Shown: positions 54,030 through 64,000, counted from the first letter of the stretch. The stretch: 64,000 nucleotides of DNA from Trueperaceae bacterium (GCA_034521815.1 JAXHLW010000013.1:1088001-1152000); one strand, 5' to 3'. The notes: generated by a model not told the origin, from the sequence alone. Made by a program: numbers and translations.

Positions 54030-55505
54030 TCAGGACGCCCCGTCCGCCGAGCCGGACGTCGCCGCCGCGCGCTCTTCGCGCTCGCTGTACGCCAGAACCG
54101 CCTCGAGCACGTGCTCGACGGCACGGTCCACGGCGTCGTCCAGGTCGGTCACGTCCACCACCGGCGCCCCCGCGGCGTGCGCGCGACGGACCAGCCAGCC
54201 TTGCAACAGTCGGATCTCCTCGAAGTGCTCCAGGTAGCCCTCCTTCGGACGACGCGCGTTCGTGCGGCCCTCGCGCGTGGCGAACCGGCTGCGATGGACC
54301 TCCTCGTCCTCGACCGCCAGCATCAGCTCGACCACGATCGCGCCCTCCACGCGGGCCGGACTCACCCCCGGCACGACGTGGATCCCCTCGAGCAGCACCG
54401 ACGTTCCCTCCGTCACGCTCCGGTCCGCGATCGCCTCGAGCGCCGTGCCCAGCTGGAGGACTTGCGCCTGAAAGCCGCGGATCACGCGCTTGCGCTTCGG
54501 TTTCGCGCGCGCACGCTCGGCCGGGAGCAGCTCCGCCATCCAGGCCGTGTAGCTCGACGCGTGCAGGACGGGCGCCAGGTCGGGTCCGATCAGCGAGCGC
54601 AGCGCCTGCCGAACGGCGTCGCTGGACACCACGCGGACGACGCCCAGGCGGTACGCCAGCTCGGCCGCGAGCTCGGACTTGCCGACGCCCGCCGTCCCGC
54701 CCACCATCACGACGATCGGCTGTTCGGGCTGGCGCACCACCCGCATCAGGTCGTACCGGCGCGCGAACTCCTCGCCGGCCTCCTCCACCAACAGCCGGTG
54801 CACGGTCCGCCGCACGACCGACCGCGCCACGGTCCCGCCCCCCTGACGCCAGAGCGCCTCCTCGACACGCTTGGCGAGATGGTGGGCGAGGTCGGGCGCC
54901 AACCCGATCGAGGTGAGCGAACGTGCCAGGATCCCCCGAGAGTAGGGCGTTTCCAGGCCGTCGGGCTCGACGACCATCAGGTCCGAAGGACGCCCCAGCG
55001 TCGCTTCGTAGCGAATCCGCTTCTCCCGCCCGTAGCGAGCCTCGAGCGCCAAGGCCACGCGCTGCGGAAGCTCTCCCTCGCCGATGCGGTCGAGACCCTC
55101 CGCCCGGATCCCCTGCTCGACCTGCTGCGCCAGCGACCAGGCTTCCTTGAAGTCCAGGCCCAGCGTCTCGAGCGATCCGGCCAGCGTGCGCCGCGAGAAC
55201 GGCGCCGGCTCCCCGCTGAGGCGCTCCAGCACGATCGGAACGAACGGCGGCGTCTGCGTCGACCAGTGATTCGCGACCTCCTCGCCGATCGTCTCGCGAG
55301 CCCGATCGGCCACGAGCTCGCGCAGCTCCTCGAGGGGCACGATCGACCGTCCACCCTCGTGAAGCTCTCGCTCGACGTCGCGGGCCACGGCCAGCGCATC
55401 GTCGGTGAGCGCCCCCGCCGCTTGCAGGCCGTCGACGATCTGCCCCGGCGAGAAGCGGAGCTTCTTGCGGTCGACGGCGACCCTGAGGTCACGCCCCTTC
55501 ACCAT
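54030..55505 (-). CDS. Multi-ATP-cone P-loop kinase (2-phosphoglycerate kinase-like)
   Basis: Three repeats (FSPGQIV.., PFSRRTLA.SL, PYSRGILARSL), Walker A GGTAGVGKS, SDAVRQALR, LEGIHVVP. Confidence 0.8.
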   Translation of the reverse strand: MVKGRDLRVAVDRKKLRFSPGQIVDGLQAAGALTDDALAVARDVERELHEGGRSIVPLEELRELVADRARETIGEEVANHWSTQTPPFVPIVLERLSGEPAPFSRRTLAGSLETLGLDFKEAWSLAQQVEQGIRAEGLDRIGEGELPQRVALALEARYGREKRIRYEATLGRPSDLMVVEPDGLETPYSRGILARSLTSIGLAPDLAHHLAKRVEEALWRQGGGTVARSVVRRTVHRLLVEEAGEEFARRYDLMRVVRQPEQPIVVMVGGTAGVGKSELAAELAYRLGVVRVVSSDAVRQALRSLIGPDLAPVLHASSYTAWMAELLPAERARAKPKRKRVIRGFQAQVLQLGTALEAIADRSVTEGTSVLLEGIHVVPGVSPARVEGAIVVELMLAVEDEEVHRSRFATREGRTNARRPKEGYLEHFEEIRLLQGWLVRRAHAAGAPVVDVTDLDDAVDRAVEHVLEAVLAYSEREERAAATSGSADGAS

Positions 55506-56092
55506 CGGCGATCCTCCTCGCCCGGCTCTCCGAGCATCTCGAGGAGCTCGCGCACCACGTTGCCGGTGAACCCCCAGATGTCACGCTCGCCCCACACGTA
55601 GCGGTGGAGCGTCCGGGGAGCTCCGCGGAAGGAGCGGACCTCCGTCGTCGGCGGCGTCGACCGCAGATCGCGGAGCGGGACCGTGAACGCCTCCTCGACC
55701 TCGCCGGGATCGATCCGCAACCTCCGTGGCGACGGCAGGACCGCGACGACGGGCGTCGCGACGTAGCCCGCCGGGGACGGCAGGTCGCTGAGCCTGCCCA
55801 CCAGCGCGTCCTCGGGCACCTCGAGCCCCACCTCTTCGAACGCCTCCCGTCGCGCCGCCTGTTCGGGACTCTCGTTCGCTTCCACGCCGCCACCCGGGAA
55901 CGAGATCTGGCCCGCATGATGCGGCAGCGCGCGGCTCCGCACGGTGAAGAGAAGCTCCGCGCCTCCGGCGCTCGTCAAGATCGGCACCAGCACGGCAGCT
56001 CGACGAAAGCCGACGAGCTGCGCCGTAAGCGCGTCCTCGCCCGGCCTCCGCCCGAGCCGCCAGCGAAGCCGGACGAGGCTCGCGTCGCTCAT
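55499..56092 (-). CDS. Nudix hydrolase, CoA pyrophosphatase type
   Basis: AAVLVP, LLFTVRS..HHAGQISFPGG, AARREAFEEVGL, IWGFT. Confidence 0.9.
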   Translation of the reverse strand: MSDASLVRLRWRLGRRPGEDALTAQLVGFRRAAVLVPILTSAGGAELLFTVRSRALPHHAGQISFPGGGVEANESPEQAARREAFEEVGLEVPEDALVGRLSDLPSPAGYVATPVVAVLPSPRRLRIDPGEVEEAFTVPLRDLRSTPPTTEVRSFRGAPRTLHRYVWGERDIWGFTGNVVRELLEMLGEPGEEDRRW

Positions 56093-56742
56093 GCAGGCTC
56101 CGCCCCGGACCCGCCCGGTGGCGTCGCTCGCGCACCGAGACGCGACGCCAACGCGTCGCGCAGCAGAAGCTCGGGCGACCGGCCTGCGCGTGCCGCCCGG
56201 ATCGCCAAGGCCAGCATGGCGTCCGCCAGGATCTCTGCGTCGTCGTCGCTGTCGTGTCCGTCGGAGAGGCGCTGCAGCGCCCCCTCCGGCTCCGACCAGC
56301 CGAGCGCCTCGGCCAGCGCCGCTGCCCGGGCCAGGGCGGGAAGGCCGCGAGGCACGCGGCCTGCAGGATCGCGCGTCTCGGTTCCGCGCTCGGACGCCTT
56401 GACGCGCGCCCAGGTGGCCTCGACCTCGGCCGCGTCCTCGGCCCGCTCGTCGCCGAACACGTGCGGATGACGGCGAACGAGCTTCTCGACCAGCGCCCGC
56501 TCGATGTCGGGGTACGCCCAGCGCCCGTCCTCTTCGGCGATCACGGCGTGGAAACCGACGTGAAGCAGCACGTCGCCGAGCTCCTCGACCATGTCGGCCT
56601 CGACGCCCCCGGCGAGCGCGTCCACCGCCTCGGCGGCCTCCTCGAGCAGGTGCGGCCGCAAGCTCTCGTGCGTCTGTTCCCGGTCCCACGGACAGCCGTC
56701 CGGCGCCCTGAGGGCCCGAAGCGTGGCGAGCAAGCGTTCCAT
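56089..56742 (-). CDS. mazG: MazG family nucleoside triphosphate pyrophosphohydrolase
   Basis: LRAPDGCPWDREQTHESL, EELGDVLL, KLVRRHPHVFG; degenerate second domain. Confidence 0.9.
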   Translation of the reverse strand: MERLLATLRALRAPDGCPWDREQTHESLRPHLLEEAAEAVDALAGGVEADMVEELGDVLLHVGFHAVIAEEDGRWAYPDIERALVEKLVRRHPHVFGDERAEDAAEVEATWARVKASERGTETRDPAGRVPRGLPALARAAALAEALGWSEPEGALQRLSDGHDSDDDAEILADAMLALAIRAARAGRSPELLLRDALASRLGARATPPGGSGAEPA

Positions 56743-56789
56743 CGTGCGAGCGTACCAGGGGGCGCCGAGAAGCCGCGTCGACCTGCCCG

Positions 56790-57554
56790 CTACCGTGGAG
56801 GCCGCAGCAGCGCCCAGTGGCGCCCCGTCGAGCCGCGATCGCGACGGTGCGAGAAGAACCGACGCGCGTCCGAGGCCGTGCACCAGCCACCGTCCGCGAC
56901 GTGCCCCGGCCGGACGCCGCAACGGGCCAGAGCGACGCGCACCGCCGCGTCCACCGACAGCAGGAACCGGCCCGACGCGTCGGGATCGGGGCGAGCGACA
57001 CCGTCTGGAAATCCGGCGTCCATGAACGCCTCGACGACCTCGGGGCCCACCTGGTAGCGCGGTCCGGAGATGTGCGGTCCGATCGCGACGCGCATTCGAT
57101 CCGGCCGCGATCCGAAGCGCCCCGCGAGCGCCTCGACCCCGGCGTCGACGATCCCCGCCACGACGCCGCGCCAGCCGGCGTGAAGCGCGGCGACCGCACC
57201 GTGCGCAGGATCGACCAGCAGCACCGGAGCGCAATCCGCCACCGATATCGCCAACGTCCATGCCGGGTCGTCGGTCACGATCCCGTCCGCACGCACCTCG
57301 GGACCGGCCTCGTGAGCCTCGACCACCTCCGCGCCGTGCACCTGGTGAATCGTCGCCGTGCGTTCCGGGTCGGCACCGAACGCCTCCAGGACGAGGCGGC
57401 GATTCTCGTTCACGGCGTCCGGATCGTCGTCCACCGAGCGGCCCAGGTTCAGCTCCGCGTACGGTCCCTCGCTGACGCCACCACTCTTCGTGGTGAACGC
57501 GTGCGGCGCAGGGAACGAGTCGAGCCGGAGAAGCTCGATCGGCGCGCCCTCCAC
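56790..57554 (-). CDS. pgeF: PgeF/YfiH family protein
   Basis: GGVSEGPY..LNLG, QVHG, VADCAPVLL, HAGWRG, FFSHRR. Confidence 0.9.
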   Translation of the reverse strand: MEGAPIELLRLDSFPAPHAFTTKSGGVSEGPYAELNLGRSVDDDPDAVNENRRLVLEAFGADPERTATIHQVHGAEVVEAHEAGPEVRADGIVTDDPAWTLAISVADCAPVLLVDPAHGAVAALHAGWRGVVAGIVDAGVEALAGRFGSRPDRMRVAIGPHISGPRYQVGPEVVEAFMDAGFPDGVARPDPDASGRFLLSVDAAVRVALARCGVRPGHVADGGWCTASDARRFFSHRRDRGSTGRHWALLRPPR

Positions 57555-57556
57555 GC

Positions 57557-58633
57557 TCAGTAGTTCCGCGCGTCGACGGTCACCGACGCACTCGACTCGA
57601 GCCACTCGGTGACGGCGTGCACGGCGCCGCGGACGGCGGGCGTGATGATCGGATCCCCGAACGACTCGAGCCGCACGATCCAGGCGTCGCCCTCGCGACG
57701 CTGCACCACGACGAGCAGCTGCTGGACCAGGTCGGGCTCGTCCACGGTGGCACGCACCACCAGTCGGTCGCGTCCGCGATCGCCGCCCAGGCTGCGCATC
57801 GCCTCGTGAAGCACGACGTGGCCACCGGCGTAAGGAAGCACGATCTTGTCGAACGGGACCTCGGCGGGCGGGGCGCCGCGGAGAAGGGCGTGAGGCATGA
57901 TCGCTGGCCTTTCGATGGGAGGCGTGGACGGGGCGGCGACGTCGTTCCGGACGAACACGAGGTAGTGCAGCGGCTTGCCCTGATCGCGCCACTTCACGGC
58001 GTACTTCGTCTCGAACACCGCCGCTGGCGGCTCACGGACCTCGAGATCGAACAAGCCGCTGCGGCGCGCCTCGTCGCAGCTGAACGCCAGGTAGTCGGGG
58101 TGGTCGGTGGCCAGCCGGATCTCGCCACGCGGTCCGAGGCGCTCCGCGAGCAGCGTGAGGAACGGCACGCGAAGCAAGCGATTCTCGGCGTGACGTCCCT
58201 TGGGCCACGGGTCGGGGAAGTTGACCGTGACGGAGTCCAGCGACGCGGGGGCGAACAGCTGGCGTACCGCCATCTGGGCCCCTCCCTTGACCAGACGCAC
58301 GTTGCTCAGATCCTCCTTGCGGAGCTTGGACAGCGCACGGCGGACGCTGACGCCCGACACCTCGACACCGACGAAACGCGCCCCAGGATCGTCGATCGCG
58401 CGACGCACCGTGTAGCGACCGTCGCCGAAGCCGATCTCCAGGTGGAGAGGCCCCTCGGAGCCGAACCAGGCGTCCCAGGGCGCGGGGAACGGCGCGCGGC
58501 GCCACGGAACGAGCCGCCGGACGCCCGCATCGCCGTCCACCGGCACGGCCAGACCGTCCGGCCCGGACGGACCTCGCGGCGCGGCCAGATCGTCCGATGC
58601 AACGAGGTGAGCCGTTCGGCTGTCCGGCGTCAT
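57557..58633 (-). CDS. trmB: tRNA (guanine46-N7)-methyltransferase with C-terminal extension
   Basis: LEIGFGDG, GVEV, NFPDPWPK.RH..RL, LATD, TKY. Confidence 0.92.
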   Translation of the reverse strand: MTPDSRTAHLVASDDLAAPRGPSGPDGLAVPVDGDAGVRRLVPWRRAPFPAPWDAWFGSEGPLHLEIGFGDGRYTVRRAIDDPGARFVGVEVSGVSVRRALSKLRKEDLSNVRLVKGGAQMAVRQLFAPASLDSVTVNFPDPWPKGRHAENRLLRVPFLTLLAERLGPRGEIRLATDHPDYLAFSCDEARRSGLFDLEVREPPAAVFETKYAVKWRDQGKPLHYLVFVRNDVAAPSTPPIERPAIMPHALLRGAPPAEVPFDKIVLPYAGGHVVLHEAMRSLGGDRGRDRLVVRATVDEPDLVQQLLVVVQRREGDAWIVRLESFGDPIITPAVRGAVHAVTEWLESSASVTVDARNY

Positions 58634-59448
58634 GCGCCGTCCTCCGCCGGGCGTACCAGCAGCGGCTCGTCGGCCATCAGCCCCGTACGCATCAACGTGG
58701 CGTGCCCCAGAAGGAGGAACGGGCCGGTGCCTTGGCCCGCGACGAGGCGGAACCGCTCGACGGTCCCGTTCTCGCGGCGTCCCAGCACCTCGTCCGGCCG
58801 CTCGCCAAGGGCTCGCGTCCAAGCCTCGACGATGCCGGCGTCCACCATGGCCGCACCGGGAGCCAACGTCACGCTGGCGGCACGCACCACCAGCCTCGCG
58901 GTCCTCGGGCGCCGTTTGCGAACCACGATCACGCTGCCGGCGACCAGCCGACCGGCGATCCGAGACACGTCCACGAACGGGCGGCCGACGAGCTCGGCGA
59001 TCCGCTGCAGGCTCCGTCGGCCGTCGATCCGAGCCAAGACGTCGCGCTCCGGACCCCCGAGATCGACCTGCTCGCCGTCGCCGTCGCCACTGCGTTCCGG
59101 CACCATGTCGGGCTCGTACGGGATCACGTCGTCGTCGGCGTCGCGGCGAGCCTCGTCCAGGCGCCGAACCGCCTCGAGCACGAGGTTCCTCGTTCCCAGG
59201 CTCACCGTCCGACGCGGCGCCGGCAATCCGGTCGAGAAGGCGAACGTTCCACGCTCGTCCGCGAACAACGCGTACACGGCCTCCTCGCCCTCCGCGCCAT
59301 CGAAGGCGGCGTGGGTCACGTCGCCCTTCTCGAAGTAGATCCGGGCGTCCCCGCGCGGATGCTCCACGACGAGCCGTCCGGTGCGCGAGGCGCCGGCCAG
59401 GAGCTGGAACAGATCGACGAGCGAGAACAGGCCAAGCGTGCCGGTCAT
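58630..59448 (-). CDS. DUF4388 (PATAN-like) domain protein
   Basis: MTGTL..FSLVDLFQLL...RTGRL..IYFEKG.VTHA..GEEAVY..GTFAF..LVLEAVRRLDE; IDGRRSL helix-turn-helix-like segment. Confidence 0.8.
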   Translation of the reverse strand: MTGTLGLFSLVDLFQLLAGASRTGRLVVEHPRGDARIYFEKGDVTHAAFDGAEGEEAVYALFADERGTFAFSTGLPAPRRTVSLGTRNLVLEAVRRLDEARRDADDDVIPYEPDMVPERSGDGDGEQVDLGGPERDVLARIDGRRSLQRIAELVGRPFVDVSRIAGRLVAGSVIVVRKRRPRTARLVVRAASVTLAPGAAMVDAGIVEAWTRALGERPDEVLGRRENGTVERFRLVAGQGTGPFLLLGHATLMRTGLMADEPLLVRPAEDGA

Positions 59449-59659
59449 GACGGACTCCGAGCATACCCGAGGGTGTCGCCTGCCGACGTCAGCACGGCGC
59501 GTCGTCGAGCTCCGAGGTCCAGGCTCGGTACCGCTCCGCCGAACGGTACCGATCGGGATCGAGAGCAGCCTGCACGGCGACCAGGGCGACGTCCGCGCAG
59601 CTACGATACCGGCGCCAGGAGCGGCTTGGGCGGTGCTGGCCCTCTGCTATGCTCCTTCA

Positions 59660-60721
59660 GTGCCGATCCGCCTCGCACGCGCCCTGCTCGGAGAGACGAC
59701 CGGCCTGTTCCTGCTCGGCGTGGCAGGCGTGTCCCTGCTGCTCTCGATCGATCTGCTGAGCGTGCTGGCCCGGTTCCTGATCGAGCAGGAAGCCAGCCTC
59801 GCGACCGTGGGCCGGCTTCTGACCGCGAAGACGCCGTGGTTCTTGCACCTGGCCATGCCGGTCGCCGCGACGTTCGCCGTGCTGGTGACCGGTGGCCGCA
59901 TGGCGCGCGACTCGGAGCTCAAGGCGGCGCAGGCGGGCGGCATCGCGCCACGCTCGCTGATCGTGCCCCTGGTCGCCTGGGGGGTGCTGGTGAGCGGCCT
60001 CGGGGTCGTCGTGAACGGCGTGATCGAGCCTCGGTCCGAACGCGTCTACCAGCGCATCATCGACGACTTCCTGTACGGTCGGCCACCGGCCGCGTCGGAG
60101 CGCGACGTGTCGTACCTGGTGAACGACACGATCTTTCACGCGTCGCGCATCCGAGCCGATCGTGACGATCCCCGCCAGGCCGAGCTCGACGGGGTGATGG
60201 TCCGCTTGCCCGACGGCACGCTGCTGACCGCCCGCTCCGGACGGTGGCGGTCGCAGGAGGGCGTCTGGGACCTGGACGAGGGCTGGCGCCTGCCGCGGGA
60301 CGGCGACCCCGTGCCTCGGGGGCCCGAGACGCTGCCCTTCCCCCTCGAGGTCGATCCGAGCACCTCGCTGGCGCGCGGCGACACGCTGCCGCTGGGCGAG
60401 CTTCGCGAGCGGATCGCCGAGCGTCGCGCTGCCGGCACCGACGCGAGCGAGCTGCGCTTCGACCTTCACCGCCGTCTGGCCGACGCGACCAGCGCCGCGG
60501 TGTTCGTCCTCGTCGCGGCCGCGCTGGCGCTGCGCCTGCGCGGCCGGGCCGCCGGCGTCGCGTGGACGATCGTGCTGGTGGCGGGCTTCTGGGCGGCATG
60601 GACCTTGTCGGCCGGCCTGTTCGATCGCGGCGTGCTGGGGCCCGTCGTCGCGGCCTGGGCGACACCGGCCGCGGTCGCGACGACGGGCGTCGTGCTGGCG
60701 TTGCGGAGCGACGCGCCGTGA
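59660..60721 (+). CDS. LptF/LptG family permease
   Basis: 3 TM + soluble beta domain + 3 TM; RMARDSELKAAQAGGI; TATGCT -10 box 6 nt before GTG. Confidence 0.85.
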   Translation: MPIRLARALLGETTGLFLLGVAGVSLLLSIDLLSVLARFLIEQEASLATVGRLLTAKTPWFLHLAMPVAATFAVLVTGGRMARDSELKAAQAGGIAPRSLIVPLVAWGVLVSGLGVVVNGVIEPRSERVYQRIIDDFLYGRPPAASERDVSYLVNDTIFHASRIRADRDDPRQAELDGVMVRLPDGTLLTARSGRWRSQEGVWDLDEGWRLPRDGDPVPRGPETLPFPLEVDPSTSLARGDTLPLGELRERIAERRAAGTDASELRFDLHRRLADATSAAVFVLVAAALALRLRGRAAGVAWTIVLVAGFWAAWTLSAGLFDRGVLGPVVAAWATPAAVATTGVVLALRSDAP

Positions 60722-61782
60722 AGCGGTTCGGACGGTCGTTGCTGGCCGAGATCGCGCCGCTCTACCTCGCGGGCCTGGCCGTGCTGCTCCTGCTCTTGCT
60801 GGTCAGCTTCCTCCTCGACGTCCTGGCCGACGCGCTGGCCCGCGGCGTGCCGGTCGGCCTGGTGGCCCGGTACCTGCTGTTCAAGGTGCCGGCGGCCGCC
60901 TCGTCCGGGCTCACCTTGGCGCTGCTGTTCGCCGCGCTGCTGGCCTTGGCGCGAATGGTGGGCGACCGTGAGCTGCGGGCCGCGCTGGCACTGGGTCTCT
61001 CCCCCGCCGCCCTGCTTCGGCCGTTGCTGGCCGCCGGTCTCGGGGTGGCCCTGATCGCGGCGGCGAACAACGAGATCGTCGTGCCGTGGGCGGAGGCACG
61101 GGCGCTCGAGGTGCAGAAGGAGATCCTGCTCGAGGCGCCCTCGACGTTGCTTCAGGAGGGAGCGTTCCTCACCGACGCCCGGGGCCGGAGCCTGTTCCTG
61201 GGCGAGCTCCGTCCCGGCGGGGAGGCTCGGGACGTCGTCATCCTGACGCCGGGCGGCTTGGCGGGCCCCCGCGAGGTGATCGAGGCCAGGCGCGGACGGC
61301 TGGACGAAGAGGCCGGCGTGTGGCGTCTCGAGGACCTCAGGATCCGCGTGCTGGACGGTCAGCGGCCGTCGCTCGACATGGTGGCGGAGACCGGGACGGT
61401 GCCGGTCCGCGACCTGGCCGCCGCGTCGACCAGCCGATCCGACCTGGTGACGCTGCCGTTGCCGGATCTGCTGGCCAGGCTCCGAGCCGAACGGAGCGAT
61501 CCCGCCGCCTGGACCGCGTTGCACCGCAAGATCGCAGAGCCCCTGGCCGCCGTCGCCTTCGCGGTCTTCGCCCTGGCCATCGGGCTCGCGGGCGTCCGGC
61601 GCGACGCGCCGATGGGGATGGTGTCGGTGCTCCTGCTGACGTTCCTCTACTACGCCACCTGGAGCGTCGCGAAGCTGCTGGGCGCCCAGGGCGCGATCCC
61701 GGCGTGGACCGCCGGATGGGCGCCGGTCGCCCTCTACCTCGCCGCCGGGACGGGGCTCCTGACGCTCGCGTGGCGGCGATGA
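60718..61782 (+). CDS. LptF/LptG family permease
   Basis: RMVGDRELRAALALGLS, LHRKIAEPLA, GAIPAWTAGWAP; GTGA overlap. Confidence 0.85.
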   Translation: MKRFGRSLLAEIAPLYLAGLAVLLLLLLVSFLLDVLADALARGVPVGLVARYLLFKVPAAASSGLTLALLFAALLALARMVGDRELRAALALGLSPAALLRPLLAAGLGVALIAAANNEIVVPWAEARALEVQKEILLEAPSTLLQEGAFLTDARGRSLFLGELRPGGEARDVVILTPGGLAGPREVIEARRGRLDEEAGVWRLEDLRIRVLDGQRPSLDMVAETGTVPVRDLAAASTSRSDLVTLPLPDLLARLRAERSDPAAWTALHRKIAEPLAAVAFAVFALAIGLAGVRRDAPMGMVSVLLLTFLYYATWSVAKLLGAQGAIPAWTAGWAPVALYLAAGTGLLTLAWRR

Positions 61783-64000
61783 GCCGGCGACGACATCGCC
61801 CGCCCGGAGGCCGAGCCGACGGCCGCTCCCCGACGGTCCAGCGCATCGTCCGCGTCGCGACCGTGCTCGCTGTCGTGCTCGCGTGCGCCGGCATCGCGGC
61901 GGCCGAGACGGTCCAGATCGACACGGGCGGCGACCCCGAAGCGCGGCTGGAGCTTCGCACCGTCGTGTTGCCGGGCGGCGAGCAGCGCGAGCTCTACGTG
62001 GTGTCGGCCGAGCGGGTCGTCGTGACGCGAGGCGACCTGGTGCTGATCGCCTCCCGACTCGAGTTCGATCCCGACGCCGGCGTGGTTCGCATCGTCGGTC
62101 GCGGGCGCGTCGAACGCCCGGGCGACGTGCTGGTCGGCGACGATCTGGTCGTTCAGCTCGACGACGGTCGCCTGGACGGCGGCGACGTGCTCGTCATCAC
62201 CGACAGGGTCGACGTCCGGGGCGAGCGCGCCCAGCGGGTCGAGGGGCGCATTCACCTGCTCGAGGGGCGATTCAGCCCGTGCGGCCGCTGTGGGCAGGAG
62301 ATCGAGGACTACGCGTTCGTGGCCGACCGGATCGAGATCCTGCCGGGCGATCGCCTGATCGCGTGGCAGGTCGTGGTCCTGATCCGGGACGCGCCGTTCG
62401 TGGCGCTCCCCCTGCTGGTTCTACCGTTGGCCGAGCCGGCCCGGATCCCTCGCCTCGAGATCGTGCGCGGCGGCGAAGACGCGCAGGCGGAGATCGCCGT
62501 CGACTGGCCGTACGTCTCCGGGCCGAACGCGTTCGGCACCTTCCGTGCCCGGCTGATCATCGACGTGGAGCCCGACCAGGGCGGTCCGGTCGGCGACCGT
62601 CTCCTCGGGGGACGGCCCGAACGGGCGTACCTGGCGGGAGGATTCGACCATCGCTTCTACGACGAGCGGGGGGCCGGCCGCATCGAAGTCGACTACCGGC
62701 CCCGGTTCGCGTCGGAGCGTTCCGACGACCCGGCGACCACCGACCCGGAGCTCAGGTTCGAGGCCCGCTACGACTCCGACGCGGCCGCGGGCGATCCGGT
62801 CGTTTCGGTACGCCTGGCCCGCGACGACGACGCCCGCCCGAACCTCGTCGAGGCCGAGGCCAGCGTCGCCGCCCACGCCGGCGGTTTCCGGACCGAGGCG
62901 TCCAGTCGCGTCGCCATCCCGTTGGAGGCCGGCGTCACGACGCGCCCCAGCTGGGACGGCTCGCGAACGCCGCGAACGGCTCCCGTCCGCCTCCGCGCCG
63001 AGGGCGAGGAGGCGTTCCCGTTCCGTGCCGGCGCGCTGACGCTCGACCGGCTTTCCGTCGACGTCGGCGTGTTCGAGGACGCTCCCGACCCGACGAACCG
63101 GAGTGCCGTGGCCCTGGGGCGGCCGTTCGTCACGGCCGGACGGGCGGAGCTCGCTCACGGGCTCACGCTGGCCCCGGTCGACGTGGCGGGCGTCGAGCTC
63201 AGCGGGCGCACCTCGTTCGTGGGCCGGTACTACGACACCGGCGAGCGACAGATCGACTGGGACAGCGAGCTCAGGGCTCGGCGTTCGCTCGGCGATCTGG
63301 GCTCGGTCGAGCTCCGTCTTCGCCGGGACGCGGCCGAAGGCGAGACGCCGTTCGCATTCGACCGGATTCCGCTCCGCTCGCGAAGCGACCTGGTCGCCTC
63401 GCTCTCTCTCCGCCCGCTCCCGGGAACGCGGCTGTCGGCGGAGGGCGGCTGGCTGCTCGAGGACGACCGCGCACCGGACGAGGTGGGCCTGTTGCCGACC
63501 ACCGTCCGCCTCGAAGCGTTCACGAACGTGAGGGCCATCGACCTGTCGCTGGTGCACGAGGCCGACCCCGCGGAAGGAGACCTCGGCACCGCTCGGCTAC
63601 GGCTCGACGTCCGCGTACCCTCGAGCGCTTGGACGGCGCGCCTGGAGGCGGACGCGCTGCTCGACCTGGACCCCGCCAAGTCGCCGGGCCGGTTCGACGA
63701 CGCGCCACGCGACACCTCGCGCGCCGAGGCGACGGCGTCCCTCGGCGCGACCGATCTCCTCGTCGCGAAGGCTTCGGGCGGTTTCGAGGTCGAGCCGGTC
63801 CGAAACCCGGAAAGCTTCTGGACGCCGCTCGAGCTGTCGGCGACGCTGGGCACGTTGGCCGCCGACGACGCACGGCCGGGGCTCGAGGCGTTCTGGACGT
63901 TCGATCCCGACGACGGCGAGACCGAGGAGGCCGGATACCGGTTCGCGGTCGATCTCGGTCCCGTCCGCGGCGAGATCGAGCAGCGCTTCGGCCCGCCGGG
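61779..64000 (+). CDS. LptD-like outer-membrane protein, 3' end outside window
   Basis: ATGA overlap; signal peptide ending AAA-ET; beta-jellyroll-like N-terminus; FSPCGRCG..YAFVADRIEILPGDRL; amphipathic beta strands; no stop before the window end. Confidence 0.65.
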   Translation, partial: MSRRRHRPPGGRADGRSPTVQRIVRVATVLAVVLACAGIAAAETVQIDTGGDPEARLELRTVVLPGGEQRELYVVSAERVVVTRGDLVLIASRLEFDPDAGVVRIVGRGRVERPGDVLVGDDLVVQLDDGRLDGGDVLVITDRVDVRGERAQRVEGRIHLLEGRFSPCGRCGQEIEDYAFVADRIEILPGDRLIAWQVVVLIRDAPFVALPLLVLPLAEPARIPRLEIVRGGEDAQAEIAVDWPYVSGPNAFGTFRARLIIDVEPDQGGPVGDRLLGGRPERAYLAGGFDHRFYDERGAGRIEVDYRPRFASERSDDPATTDPELRFEARYDSDAAAGDPVVSVRLARDDDARPNLVEAEASVAAHAGGFRTEASSRVAIPLEAGVTTRPSWDGSRTPRTAPVRLRAEGEEAFPFRAGALTLDRLSVDVGVFEDAPDPTNRSAVALGRPFVTAGRAELAHGLTLAPVDVAGVELSGRTSFVGRYYDTGERQIDWDSELRARRSLGDLGSVELRLRRDAAEGETPFAFDRIPLRSRSDLVASLSLRPLPGTRLSAEGGWLLEDDRAPDEVGLLPTTVRLEAFTNVRAIDLSLVHEADPAEGDLGTARLRLDVRVPSSAWTARLEADALLDLDPAKSPGRFDDAPRDTSRAEATASLGATDLLVAKASGGFEVEPVRNPESFWTPLELSATLGTLAADDARPGLEAFWTFDPDDGETEEAGYRFAVDLGPVRGEIEQRFGPP

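Overview
High-GC chromosomal core region. Gene content, protein style and many -10-box/leaderless starts point to Deinococcota (Truepera-like); this is an inference. It holds about 50 densely packed, often translationally coupled genes. These include topA (5'-truncated), recO, plsY, folC, trpS, hpt, glyQS, clpC-radA-PIN/TRAM, two tRNAs (Leu-CAG, Ala-TGC), a complete alternative complex III operon (actABCDEF plus an ActG-like/cytochrome c552-like fusion), gyrB, proA, a class II photolyase, an ABC-F ATPase, oligopeptidase A, a LOV-like PAS-GGDEF-EAL protein, trxB, a mazG-Nudix-ATP-cone kinase cluster, trmB, and lptF/lptG/lptD-like genes (3'-truncated). I saw no mobile element, prophage, CRISPR array or defence island. 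Best leads: a sigma70 region-4-like helical domain on the TopA C-terminus; a membrane-tethered c552-like domain fused to an ActG-like subunit; a cysteine-less LOV-like c-di-GMP protein; two CsoR/CstR-type TACC-N7-GGTA boxes (rhodanese, trxB); leaderless upstream micro-ORFs coupled to clpC and radA; and two apparent single-base frameshifts (actC 5' end, ABC-F 3' end). All assignments come from reading motifs by eye; no database searches were run.
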